Positions 1 through 10,300 of a DNA stretch of 64,000 nt are shown in pieces. The position numbers and the translations under genes were made by a program. Source of the stretch: Candidatus Latescibacterota bacterium (GTDB taxonomy: Bacteria; Latescibacterota; UBA2968; UBA8231); the NCBI GenBank assembly GCA_965221775.1, contig CBDCSU010000006.1, positions 960,001 through 1,024,000 of the forward strand, read 5' to 3'. Positions within the stretch are counted from its first letter, which is position 1; each line of letters opens with the position of its first letter. Below the pieces are notes generated by a model. The model was not told the DNA's origin, did no database searches, and saw only the letters and a list, made by a program, of their open reading frames with translations.

Positions 1-849
1 CATGAAGAGCTTGCGGTCGGCCGTTCGGTCCCAGAGCGACCCGTCGCGGCTGGAGACGAGCTGCATGTCCAGCGTCTGCGGGTACGTGTGGTACACCCAC
101 AGAAGGCCGAGGTACTGGCCCGCGAAGGGAAAGGCGGAGAGCCCGTAGAACTGTGTATCGGGCGGGTCGAAGGCATCGGGAGCCAGAATGCGGCGGGTTG
201 GCCCCCATTGCACGAAGTCGTCGCTCACCATGCGCGATACCATGCGCAGCGGCCGGGCCGGCGTTCGCGTCTTGTGGTACAGCCAGTACTCGCCCGATGC
301 CGGGTCGCGCATGACGCTGAAGGTGTCGCCCGTCGCCCGGCGGGGGATGACCGGGTTGTCCTCCCACGGTGTCCAGCGGACGCCGTCCCCCGAGAAAGCG
401 GCATGGATTCCGTCGCCCGCCGACGGCCACCAGAGCAGCTTGTAGCGCCTGTCCGGATCCGCTTCCGCCCCGTCCTTCAGGACGCAGTGCGTCCACTCCA
501 CGTCGCGGAGAAGGATGTTGTTCGCCGTCGATCCGCCGAACTCCACAAGACCCAGTTCCGGCTTCTCCCAGTGGACGCCGTCCGCCGAGGTGGCGTAGCA
601 GAGGTTCTTTCCGGCCTCCGGCTTGTCCCGGCTCGGCTGGGCGTTGTACCACATCTTGAAGCACCCGCCCTCCTCGTCCCGGATGACCGTCCCCGGCTGC
701 AGGACCAGGTACCCCTCCCAGGGCCTGTCGGGCCGGAGGACCGGGTTGTCCCGGTGCTTGACGGGGTGATGGAGCGAGCGCCAGACGTTCTCCGTATGGG
801 CCAGCATGGCGTCGTCGCAGAAGACCCGCAGGCCGTGGCGTGGATGCAT
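1..849 (-). CDS. GH32/GH43-like five-bladed beta-propeller protein, 3' end truncated by window edge
   Basis: Not in ORF track because no stop lies in the window. Manual translation from ATG at 849: MHPRHGLRVFCDDAMLAHTENVWRSLHHPVKHRDNPVLRPDRPWEG...FKMWYN...CYATSADGVHWEKPELGLVEF. Clearly paralogous to 858..2342 and 11454..12788. Confidence 0.8.
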   Translation of the reverse strand, partial: MHPRHGLRVFCDDAMLAHTENVWRSLHHPVKHRDNPVLRPDRPWEGYLVLQPGTVIRDEEGGCFKMWYNAQPSRDKPEAGKNLCYATSADGVHWEKPELGLVEFGGSTANNILLRDVEWTHCVLKDGAEADPDRRYKLLWWPSAGDGIHAAFSGDGVRWTPWEDNPVIPRRATGDTFSVMRDPASGEYWLYHKTRTPARPLRMVSRMVSDDFVQWGPTRRILAPDAFDPPDTQFYGLSAFPFAGQYLGLLWVYHTYPQTLDMQLVSSRDGSLWDRTADRKLFM

Positions 850-857
850 CGGATCTC

Positions 858-2342
858 TCAGACGGGCGGGGGCGTGAACTGCAGGCTGTACAGGTCGGCG
901 TCACTGAGGGCGAAGCGCAGGCGCACCGGTTGGCCGGCCAGTCGGCTGACGTCGGCCAGACCGTTCCAGGTGACCTTGCGGTCCAGGTAGTCGCCGTAGA
1001 TCTCGTCGCAGTCGCCCAGGGCGTACCCCTTCAGCGTCTTGCCGTCGCCGTCCTGGATCTCGACGCGCGCCGAGCCGGCGGCGGACGTGGCCGCGTTCAG
1101 GCTCAGGGCCCCGCCGTCGAAGGTGAAGGGCCGCGTGATCAGCTCGCCCCCCCTCAGCGGCGCGTTGGCCGAGACGAAGCCGTCCAGGCGCAGCGTGAAG
1201 CGCCGCAACCGGGAGCCCTCGCCGCCGAAGAATCCCTCGCCGCTGAAGATCGACAGCTCCCTGGGCGCAGTGGGAAGGTCGCTGGCCGTCTCCAGGATAC
1301 CCCAGGCCGTCATGTTGTTGCGGCTCCCCCAACGCCTTTGCTGCGGCCCGGGCCGCACGAAGGCCTCTCCCCAGCGCTTGAAGTGCAGGCCGTCGCGGCT
1401 GGTCATGTAGAGGCCGTCCGAGACGCCGGCGGCCATGCTGCCGGGCATGCGGCGGTCCGGCACGAAGCGCTTGGGGAAGCCCATGTAGATGTGCGGCGCC
1501 CGGTAGTAGGGGGTCACGGCGTTGGTGTAGAGGTGCTCGACGGGCGCGTCTCCGTACTGGAGCAGCTGCGGCTTTGTCCAGCGGCGGAAGTCCGTGGAGG
1601 TGCAGGTCATGATCTGGCGATAGCGCACGCCCCCGGGGTAGATGGAGTCGCGGTGGTACTCGACATAGCAGCCGCGGCGCGGTTCCCAGAAGGCCAGGTT
1701 CTGCGAGTCGAAGACATTGGTGCCCGCCGTGTGATCCATCACCGGCTCTTCCGACAGCAGGCTCCAGTGCACCCCGTCCGGCGACTTGAAGGCGAGGAGG
1801 GCCTGCTCTTCATGGTTGCGCGCGCTCGGGCTGCCCAGGGCCTTGTACTCCTCTCCCTCGCGGCAGTCCGGATTGCTGTCGCGGAAGGGCGTGAAATCGA
1901 GCGCGCCGGGGCCGTCCCAGATGATGTTGTTGCGCGTCGAGCCCTTGTAGCTCACCAGGCCCAGCTCCGGCCGGTACCACTCGATGCCGTCGCGGCTCTC
2001 GGCGTAGCACACGACTGGTTTGTAGGCGCCCGACGGGCCGTAGTGGGAGCCGCGGTAGTAGGCGCGGAACAGGTTGCCGTCCTGGAAAACCGTGTGGTAG
2101 GCGCTGGTGTTTCCCTCCCACGGCGCGTCGTGGTCGATGGCCACGTTCCGCGGCACCGGTTTCTGCAGGCGCAGCTCGACGCCGGAGAGCCGCTCGATCA
2201 GGTAGTCGTCGACGAACAACTCGCGCCGGTCGCCCAACTCGATGACGCCCGCGGGGGCGGCCCCCGCCGTCGCCTTGCCGGCCGCCGGCCTCTTCTTCGG
2301 CGCCCTCTTCGCCTTCGCTTTCCCTGTCTTGCTCCTGGCCAT
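858..2342 (-). CDS. GH32/GH43-like beta-propeller protein of unknown substrate
   Basis: 494 aa, GC3-rich. LFVDDYLIE start, Asp-box-like repeats (AESRDGIEW, KSPDGVHW, TSRDGLHF), LRLDGFVS, C-terminal LYSLQF beta-sandwich. Confidence 0.8.
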   Translation of the reverse strand: MARSKTGKAKAKRAPKKRPAAGKATAGAAPAGVIELGDRRELFVDDYLIERLSGVELRLQKPVPRNVAIDHDAPWEGNTSAYHTVFQDGNLFRAYYRGSHYGPSGAYKPVVCYAESRDGIEWYRPELGLVSYKGSTRNNIIWDGPGALDFTPFRDSNPDCREGEEYKALGSPSARNHEEQALLAFKSPDGVHWSLLSEEPVMDHTAGTNVFDSQNLAFWEPRRGCYVEYHRDSIYPGGVRYRQIMTCTSTDFRRWTKPQLLQYGDAPVEHLYTNAVTPYYRAPHIYMGFPKRFVPDRRMPGSMAAGVSDGLYMTSRDGLHFKRWGEAFVRPGPQQRRWGSRNNMTAWGILETASDLPTAPRELSIFSGEGFFGGEGSRLRRFTLRLDGFVSANAPLRGGELITRPFTFDGGALSLNAATSAAGSARVEIQDGDGKTLKGYALGDCDEIYGDYLDRKVTWNGLADVSRLAGQPVRLRFALSDADLYSLQFTPPPV

Positions 2343-2542
2343 CCCGGGGTCCTTTCTGGTTTGGCAGCGATCCTGCCGATCAGCCTGTGGGGCTCTGGCG
2401 CCGGGCTAACGAAAGACCCGCTGTCCCCCCGGGCAACACGCCGCGGGAAGCCCCTCATCCGCCACCCTCTGCTCACCCGGCCCGCCCCGGCCGGGGGACC
2501 GTCCGGGGTGCATGAAGAGCCGGGCGCCTCCGGGCGGGGGCT

Positions 2543-4507
2543 TCAGATCTGGGTGAGGAAGCTGCCCGTGGTGCCGGTGAGGTAGTCGATCACCAGGAAC
2601 ACTCCCGCCCCCACGATCTCGCCGAGGATCAGCCCCAGGAAGAAGGGCCGCAGGCTGCGGTAGAGGCGCACCCCGCCGTAGCGCAGGATCAGGTACTTCA
2701 GGCACCAGGCCAGCAGGGCGCTGCAGAAGATGTGGCCCGTCTTCCAGTTGGCGGCGATCGTGAACCCCAGCGGGTTCAGCGGCCACCACACGAACTGGTG
2801 GCGGGCCCACATGAGGGCCGACATCACCCCTCCCCCGAGGAGCATGAACTGCACGGCGTCCCAGCGCGGGCCCTCGGGCGCTTCCGCGATGCGCGGGGTC
2901 ATGTCCATGGGACCGAAGTGCGTGGATTGCCAGGCGAAGAACAGGGGGTTGAGGTTGATGCCCCCGTGCTCGTAGGCCATGACCAGCGTGATATAGGAGG
3001 AACCCGCCAGGCTGACGAGGATGGCGACGACGATCGCCCAGAACAGCCGCCGCTTCGGGCCGCGGATCATCTCGCTCATCTTGAGCCCGTTGGCCACGGA
3101 GGACATGACGAAGGAGCGGATCTCCGAGTGCCAGCCGTAGGAGAAACCGAGGGCCACCAGGCCCTGGGCGCCGATGGCGGAGGTGCCCACGGTGGAGATC
3201 ACGAAGGTCGAGGTCATCAGGGGAGGGCGCATCGCCGGGATGCCGCCCTCGGCGACGACCCGCGTCAGCGCCAGGAACAGGACCATGGCGCCGAAGACGA
3301 AGAGCAGCGCCACGGGAAAGGGAAGGCCGATCGCCGACAGCCAGAAGGCGACGATCAGCAGGCCGGCGACGAGCCCGAAGAACGCCTGCCGGTAGGTGAG
3401 GATCTCGCCGCTGTCGTCGACCTCGCGGGACCCGCGGAAGGCCCTGGCCGCCACCTGCCGCAGGTGCCTGCGCGCCACCCACAGGCCGACGAGGACGAAG
3501 ACGATCATCGCTCCCAGGCCCTGGTGCGCGAGGAAGGGGTCCTCGGAGTAGAAGTCGATCCGCTGGGTGCTGCGCACCCCGAGGACGTTGAAGATGCCCC
3601 GCTGCAGCCGGACGAGGAGGTAGAAGACCCAGATCGAGGCCGAGATGTCGAGGCTGACGAAGTAGAAGAACCCCGTCCACGGCGGGCTGAACCAGAAGCT
3701 GAGCCAGGTCTCTCCGAACAGGGGCAGGCCCACGGTGCGCTCGAAGCGGGGAAACTCCGGGAAGTAGCTGTTCAGTCCGATGGCGCTCAGCAGCAGGAAG
3801 GAGACGGCAAAGCCCAGCCACATCGTCCTGTTGGTGAAGAACGAGCGGCCCACGGCGCCGCCCTCGGCCCGCTGGATCATCTCCATCGGCACCTGCACCA
3901 GAGCGTAGCTGAGCCGCTCGTTGTCGACCCACTGCCGGCGCAGGATCACCATGGCGCAGATCATGGCGAAGCCGAGGGCCAGGAAGAAGCCGAACCACAG
4001 GGTCAGAGGCAGGACCCAGGCGGCCCAGGGGATGGAGGCGCCCGCGGGCAGCCCCTCGAAGAAGTAGCGGGCCACGCCCTCGCCGCGCGGGATCATCCAC
4101 TCGGGGATGTACTGATTGTAGAGCTCGTCCCAGTTGTTCTCCGGCGTGGCGTAGTACGTCGAGCCGAGGAGGCAGGGGATGATGAACTGGGTGAAGCCCA
4201 TGCCGGGGATGCAGCAGGCCACCACCAGCATGACGTAGATCGTGATCAGCTCGGCCCGGGTCAGCGCCAGCCACCGGTGCAGGAGGCCGACGGCGCCGCT
4301 GGCCAGGACGAGAAAGAAGAAGAAGAAGAGCGCGGCGGGGGTGCTGAAGTTGAGGGTCAGGTACGACCCCTGGATCGCGTTCGTCGCGTAGGTGTCGCAG
4401 ACGTTGAGCACCAGGGACAACACGGCCCCGATGAGGAGGCCCCGCAACGGGATCCCCCGCGGATCCCCCGCCGGAGGTCGATCGCTCTGCGGCGGCGGCG
4501 CCGTCAT
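2543..4507 (-). CDS. DUF6785/DUF6784-type multi-pass membrane protein (putative peptide/solute transporter)
   Basis: 654 aa with many hydrophobic segments; family-typical motifs LRRQWVDNERLSY, TRVVAEGG, WWPLNPLG, RYGGVRLYRSLRPFFLGLILG. Confidence 0.75.
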   Translation of the reverse strand: MTAPPPQSDRPPAGDPRGIPLRGLLIGAVLSLVLNVCDTYATNAIQGSYLTLNFSTPAALFFFFFLVLASGAVGLLHRWLALTRAELITIYVMLVVACCIPGMGFTQFIIPCLLGSTYYATPENNWDELYNQYIPEWMIPRGEGVARYFFEGLPAGASIPWAAWVLPLTLWFGFFLALGFAMICAMVILRRQWVDNERLSYALVQVPMEMIQRAEGGAVGRSFFTNRTMWLGFAVSFLLLSAIGLNSYFPEFPRFERTVGLPLFGETWLSFWFSPPWTGFFYFVSLDISASIWVFYLLVRLQRGIFNVLGVRSTQRIDFYSEDPFLAHQGLGAMIVFVLVGLWVARRHLRQVAARAFRGSREVDDSGEILTYRQAFFGLVAGLLIVAFWLSAIGLPFPVALLFVFGAMVLFLALTRVVAEGGIPAMRPPLMTSTFVISTVGTSAIGAQGLVALGFSYGWHSEIRSFVMSSVANGLKMSEMIRGPKRRLFWAIVVAILVSLAGSSYITLVMAYEHGGINLNPLFFAWQSTHFGPMDMTPRIAEAPEGPRWDAVQFMLLGGGVMSALMWARHQFVWWPLNPLGFTIAANWKTGHIFCSALLAWCLKYLILRYGGVRLYRSLRPFFLGLILGEIVGAGVFLVIDYLTGTTGSFLTQI

Positions 4508-4733
4508 CGCGGGCCGGACTTGCGGCGCCTCACGCGGGGATTCCGCGCCCGGCCGGCCGTACAGCCGCCCGGCCCGGGTGGGGAGGCGGTCGAACTCTTC
4601 ACCGCGGCACGATTCGGGCGCAGGAGGAAGTCCTCCGGAGTAGATCAGGACACGCGGGAGGGGGTGCTGCTGCGATCCGGGGGCGCGGGCATCCCCTACG
4701 TGCCGGGGACTCCCCCGTCCGCTCTACGGACGG

Positions 4734-4764
4734 AAATTAACAGGGACCGGTCGGCCTCTGGCAA
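4734..4764 (-). promoter_or_regulatory. Possible sigma-70 promoter for the DUF6785 gene
   Basis: Minus strand TTGCCA ... TG-T-TAATTT (extended -10-like); an AT-rich spot in GC-rich DNA. Spacing of 18-19 nt is suboptimal. Confidence 0.35.
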
Positions 4765-4999
4765 TGCTGTTCTCCGCCGGCCAGGGCGTGCTCCTCGGCC
4801 GGCCGAGGGCGGCCATCCGGGGATGGGAGCCGTGGTGCACCTCTCCGGACAGGCGCTCGGCGGCGTCCCCGGAGGCGCGTCACAACCATCCGGGTTTGGC
4901 GGCCACGGCTGGAGGAGGAGGCTTGCCGAAGGATCCCCGAACAGAAAACCCCGCCGCTTGCGGCCGGTTCCCGCCGACGCTGCGACGGCCTCTTTTCGC

Positions 5000-5028
5000 T
5001 TGCCCCGAACCTGGCCATGGAGTACCGT
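5000..5028 (+). promoter_or_regulatory. Possible sigma-70 promoter
   Basis: TTGCCC-N17-TACCGT about 105 nt upstream of the ATG at 5134. Confidence 0.35.
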
Positions 5029-5133
5029 TTTCTGCAGAACCGTTCGCGGTTTCCTCCTCTGGTTGTTCGCGAGCGCCCGTTCGCCACCTTCATCTCACCG
5101 GGAGACCCCCGGGAGAATCAAAGGAGAAGAACG

Positions 5134-6036
5134 ATGAAGGGAGCTTTCACATCCGCACTGGCGATCGTCCTCGCTGCGGCCGTCGCCACTTCCGCCCACC
5201 AACGGCCGGACGACAACTTCGCCGCCGTGCAGGTCCCCATCAACGCCGATGGCGTCCGTTCCGTCGTGATGGACGGCGACCTGGGAGAGTGGGACAACGT
5301 GCCCTCCGTCTTCTGGACGACGCAGGACGATCTGACCGAGGCGATCCACGGTCTGGGCGATCCCGATCCCGCCAACCTCGCCACGCGCATCATCCTGGGG
5401 TGGAGCCCGGAGACCAACCTCTTCTACTTCATGGAAGAGCGCTTCGACGACCTGTTCTTCGGCTATACCGACACCAACTACGAGAACACCGAGATCGCCA
5501 TCGACTTCGATCACAGCGGCGACGAGCAGTTCAACGATGTCGCCGGCGCGGGTCTCGATCCGGAGCGGTGGGAGGGAGCCCTGACGCAGAACTACCGCTG
5601 GCAGCTGCACATCGAGGGCGAGTTGTTCCTGTGGGGCGCGGCCCCTTGGGCCGGCGAGAGGCCCTACGCCGGCGTTGAGTACAACATCGAGGGCGACACC
5701 GACGGCGGCGCCGTCAACCTCTTCGTGGAGATGTGGGTGACGCCCTTCGACGACTTGCCCACCAGCTCTTCGGGCATCGACGATTCCGATGTCGTCGTCC
5801 ACGATCTCACCGAGGGTGAGATCATCGGCGTCGGCTTCGCCGCCGTAGACGACGATGTCCCCGCTGACGGCGGTTACAACGGCTACTGGATCAACAGCGG
5901 CAACGTCAACCTCTACTTCCTGGCCAATGCCTTCGTCGACTACACCCTGCTCGGCTACGACGCGAGCATCTGGGTGGCGGAGACGGCTGTCGAGCAGGAC
6001 AGCTGGGGCCGGGTCAAGGATACCTTCGCCAACTGA
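5134..6036 (+). CDS. Secreted acidic CBM9/DOMON-like protein with C-terminal TAVxxxSWGxVK tail
   Basis: RBS AAGGAG at 5121-5126, ATG 5134, signal peptide MKGAFTSALAIVLAAAVATSA; MDGDLGEW and LGWSPETNLFYF CBM9-like motifs; ends TAVEQDSWGRVKDTFAN. Confidence 0.8.
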   Translation: MKGAFTSALAIVLAAAVATSAHQRPDDNFAAVQVPINADGVRSVVMDGDLGEWDNVPSVFWTTQDDLTEAIHGLGDPDPANLATRIILGWSPETNLFYFMEERFDDLFFGYTDTNYENTEIAIDFDHSGDEQFNDVAGAGLDPERWEGALTQNYRWQLHIEGELFLWGAAPWAGERPYAGVEYNIEGDTDGGAVNLFVEMWVTPFDDLPTSSSGIDDSDVVVHDLTEGEIIGVGFAAVDDDVPADGGYNGYWINSGNVNLYFLANAFVDYTLLGYDASIWVAETAVEQDSWGRVKDTFAN

Positions 6037-6080
6037 AGGGAACGGCGCTGCCGTCGCCGCAAGAGACGGCTGATACCATG

Positions 6081-6117
6081 GGGGGCGAGATCATCCGATT
6101 CTCGCCCCCTTTTTTTT
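6081..6117 (+). terminator. Rho-independent terminator
   Basis: GGGGGCGAGA-loop-TCTCGCCCCC followed by a run of 8 T, 45 nt after the stop at 6036. Confidence 0.9.
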
Positions 6118-6150
6118 CGTCCCCCCACGGAAACAGGAGGGTTTGCTCTG

Positions 6151-7266
6151 ATGCCGCGGGTCCTGTCCAACCGCACCGTCGTCCGCGACGGCTGGCACAA
6201 CATGTGTTCCGACCTCTGCTACTGGCGGGACACGTTCTGGCTGGTCTACGATCGAACCTCGGCACACTCTGCCCCCGACGGCGTCGTCGTCCTGCTCCGG
6301 TCGGCGGACCTGCAGCGCTGGGACGAGGTCGCCGTCCTGAGGACGCCCAACGACGCCCGGGACGTGAAGCTGGCGGCCACCGACGACGAGCTCTTCGTGT
6401 TCTGCGCCGACAGCTGGTATGAACCGGTGGCCGGACGGGTACGCCAGGTCGTCGACCCCTACGTCTTCACCTCCGACGACGGCTACAGGTGGTCGGCGCC
6501 GACGAGAGCATTCAACCGGAACCACTGGCTGTGGCGCGTCCAGTTGCACGAAGGGGTGTTCTACTGCGCCGAGAAGGGGGGAGAACTCCTCTCCAGCCGG
6601 GACGGCCGCAGCTGGACATCCGTCTCCAGGATCCCCGCCGAGCCCGAGGGCGCAACCCCGCAGGAGCTGCGGGAAGCCCGCGAGCTGGACCACCGCACGA
6701 CACCGCGGTTCAACGAGGCGGACGTCATCTTCCGCCCCGATGGCGAGCTGTGGTGCGTCTCCCGGACGCGGCGGGAGAATCAGCACTCCCTCCTCTACAC
6801 TTCCAGCCCCCCGTACGAGGAGTGGTCCTGCGTGGATCTGGAGACGCTGATCCACTGCCCGGCCCTGTGCGAGTCCGCGGGCAAGGTGTACGTGGCCGGC
6901 CGCCGCGACCCCACGGCGCCGTGGGTCCCCCAGCACACGCCCGCGGGCAACACGGGGATCTTTCTGCTGGAGCGGGATGGCGTGACGCCGGTCTTCGCCC
7001 TGCCCAGCGACGGCGACGCGGCCTATCCGGGCCTGCTCTGCCTCGAGGCGGACCGGCTGATCATCAGCTACTACTCGCAGCACGCCTATCTGAGCGGCGC
7101 CATCGAGGGCGAGAAGAAGCCCCTTCACCACATCGAGCGGTGGGGCACTCTGCGGCGGGAGGCGCCCCCGGCCGGCTACGAGCTCTCGCACTTCAAGTCC
7201 GGACCTGCCGACATCTTCGTCGCCGAGATCGACCTGGAGGCCGAGGACGCGGGCTCGTCATTCTGA
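6151..7266 (+). CDS. BNR/Asp-box sialidase-like beta-propeller protein
   Basis: RBS AGGAGG; Asp boxes TSDDGYRWS and SSRDGRSWT; GDAAYPG and LIISYYS motifs. Confidence 0.75.
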   Translation: MPRVLSNRTVVRDGWHNMCSDLCYWRDTFWLVYDRTSAHSAPDGVVVLLRSADLQRWDEVAVLRTPNDARDVKLAATDDELFVFCADSWYEPVAGRVRQVVDPYVFTSDDGYRWSAPTRAFNRNHWLWRVQLHEGVFYCAEKGGELLSSRDGRSWTSVSRIPAEPEGATPQELREARELDHRTTPRFNEADVIFRPDGELWCVSRTRRENQHSLLYTSSPPYEEWSCVDLETLIHCPALCESAGKVYVAGRRDPTAPWVPQHTPAGNTGIFLLERDGVTPVFALPSDGDAAYPGLLCLEADRLIISYYSQHAYLSGAIEGEKKPLHHIERWGTLRREAPPAGYELSHFKSGPADIFVAEIDLEAEDAGSSF

Positions 7267-7321
7267 CGGATGGACGCGCCGAGTCTTCCTGGCGCTGATC
7301 GCCTGGTCCCTGCTGCGCGGC

Positions 7322-10300
7322 GTGTCCGCGGCTGAGACCGTCGTCTCCCTTCGCGTCCCCGAACTGGCCGGCGCCGACCGCGAGGAGATCGTCACCTCTG
7401 GCGTGCCCCTGCGCCAGGGCGCTCTGACCGACGAGACCCGGAGCCGGCTGCTGGACGAGGCCGGCCAGGAAGTACCCTTCGCCGGAACCGTCCTGGCGCG
7501 CTGGCCGGACGGCTCCGTCAAGTGGCTGCTCCTGGACTTCCGCGCCGCCGTCGCCTCCCGCGAGACGGCCCGCTTCACCCTGGAGTGCGGGGTCCCGTCG
7601 TCGTCGCAGATCACCGGGCCGCGGGTCCTCGTCCGCGAGGGCGGCCGCTCCATCGACGTCACCACCGGGCCGCTGCGCTTCCGGGTGAGCCGCGAGCGCT
7701 ACACGTTCCTGGACGGTGTGTGGCTCGACGGTGATGCCGACGGCGTGCTCTCACCGTCCGAGTCCCTCCTGGTCCCCGGCGCAGGCGGCAGCCGTCTCGA
7801 GGTGGAGACCACGCCCCCCGGGCCTCCCCAGGAGGAGAACTGGCTCCTCGACGCGGCGGGCGGGCCCCGCCAGGGGTACGACGCCGTCGCCACCGAGGCA
7901 CGGGTCGAGTTCGCCAATCCCCTTCGCGCCGTGGTGCTGGTCCGGGGCGAGTACCGCGACGAAGCGGGCGGGAGCATCGGCCCGTTCTGGACGCGGTACA
8001 CCGCCTGGGCGGGCGACACCGCCATCGGGGTGGAGCACTTCTTCGCCTTCGACGCCGACGTGGAGACAGCGTTTCTCCGGTCACTCTCACTCGGCCTGCG
8101 GTTCGCCGGCGGCGACCGGCTGAGGACTTCCTTCGGCCTCGGGCAAGGTGAGACCGCGGCGCCGGACCCGTCCCTCGCCGAGACCGCCTTGGTCCAGGTG
8201 ATGCCCGACCGGCTCTACCACCTGGTGCCGCTGAGCCTCGACCGGCGAGTGCGGTACCAGGTGGTCGGCCAGGGCGCCGACGGCGTCGACCAGGTCCTCG
8301 AGGAAGGGGTGGAGGCCGCCGGCTGGGTCCGCATGGAAGGCGGCCGGGGGACGGCGACCATCGCCTTGCGCGACTTCCCGCGGCTGCACCCCAAGGAGAT
8401 CCGGGTCCAGCCGGACCAGGGCGCGCTGCGGTACTACCTGTGGCCCGAGCGCGGCGGCAAGGTCCTGGACCTGCGGCGCCGCTACAAGGGACAACGGGTG
8501 GAGGACCACTACGACACCGGAGAGTATGGCCCCGCCGGCCGCGGTTTCGGCAAGACCCATCAGCTGCTGATCGACTTCAGCGCCACCCCCCCGAACGACG
8601 CCGAGGCCTCGGCCCTGGCCCGGCGCGCCGACGAGCCCCTGCGCGCCTTCTGCACCCCCGGGCACTACGCCTCGTGCGATGTCTGGAACCGCTTCCACCC
8701 CGTGGACACGGAACGCTTCCCGCAGACGGAGGCGATGATCCGCCTGGGCCTGGAGTGGGCCCTGCGCCTGCCGCGGACCTTCCACTGGGACGGCCTCGTC
8801 GACTGGGGCGATACGTTCTTCCACGCCTATGAAGGGGCCCCCCACAACCAGGTCGCCGAGGTACCCGCCACGAGTTGGGTCGTGCGAGGATACGACGGCT
8901 GGTTCAACAACGACTGCAACGTGGCCCACGACATCATGCTGCTCTTCCTGCGCTCGGCCGACGACCGCATCTACCAGTACTGGGAGCGGATGGTGCAGCA
9001 CGTGATGGACGTGGACACGATCCACGCCGCCGACGACTCGACCCAGGTCGGCGGCGGCCGGCGCCACGACCAGCAGCACTGGGGCGCATCGTACACGGGC
9101 TACGGCACCGCCGCGGTCGAGGCGGGCGAGCTCTACTACCTCACCGGCAGCCTGTGGGCGAAGGAGATGCTGGTCAAGTACGCCGACTGGTACATGGTGG
9201 GCGGCGGCGCGGAATGGGAGACCCGCCTGCCCTGTCTCGTGCTGGCCTGGGAGGCTACCGGCGACGACAGGTACATGCGCTACATCGAGCGCCCCGGGAT
9301 GCGCGAGGACGTGTACGGACTCGCCATGGGCATGCACGGCAGCATCGACAACCCGCACTTCCGCACCAACGGCGTCGAGGTCGGCGTGGACTTCCTGTAC
9401 CGGGCGACCGGCGACGCGCAGTGGCTCGATCATCTCACGACGGCGGCGCGGCGGATGATCGAGGTCAACCCCGGCAACCGCTACGGCCGCTCGCTCCTGG
9501 CCAAGGCCTGGCTGGCCACCGGCGACCGGGAGGTGCTCGACTGGCTGCGGCGGCTCCTGGTCGTGGGCGACCCGTACGGGCGCGCCGGGCTGGCGGAGTT
9601 CTTCCGGCAACACGAGATCCCGGACGACCTCGGCCGGCTCTCCTTCGAAGAGTTGGCCGAGCTGTTCAAGAGGTCGCCCATGGAGGGCGTGCGGGGGTTC
9701 ATCTACACCTACCGGTACTATCCCTACGTGATGGCCGCCCTGGCCGAGGCGGGCCTGGACGAGGGCCGGATGGAGCTGGTCGACTTCGCCCTCGACCGCA
9801 GGGGCATGGGGCAGTACCACCTGCGCGGCCCGGACGTGCCCACTCCTGCTAAGGCGCACTACGAGCCGGTCTCCCTCGCCGCCGTGGCCAACACCGATCC
9901 GCTGGCCGACCCCTTCGACCGCTACGCGGACTGGCAGCGGCATCCCCTGCGGCCCGGAGAGATCGGCTTCGACTTCGGCGAGAGGCAGGCCAGCAGTGGG
10001 GGCGAGTGCGAGCCCGGCTACCTGCCCGTGCGCACGGCCACCGCCTACCCCTACCGGGCCCCGCTGCCGCGCTCCGCGGAACACGACGGCACGAACCTCA
10101 TCGGCCTTCCCTTCGGCGCGACCTGGCAGATCAACAGCATCCCCTTCGCCCTGCCCGACCCGGCGTCGGCCGCGGAGGGGCGCACCATGCTGGTGGTCGG
10201 CAAGGGTGAGCGAATCGCCATTCCCATCGGCAGGACGGTCCGCAGGCTCTACGTGCTCGGCCACGTGATCCGCGACCGCTCCAGCTGGAAGGAGACCGGC

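Noticed and set aside
4623-4640. GGAGGAAGTCC resembling the RNase P RNA GAGGAAAGUCC motif
   Set aside because: One A is missing, it forms a local hairpin, and no convincing P4 partner or other conserved RNase P elements were recognised.
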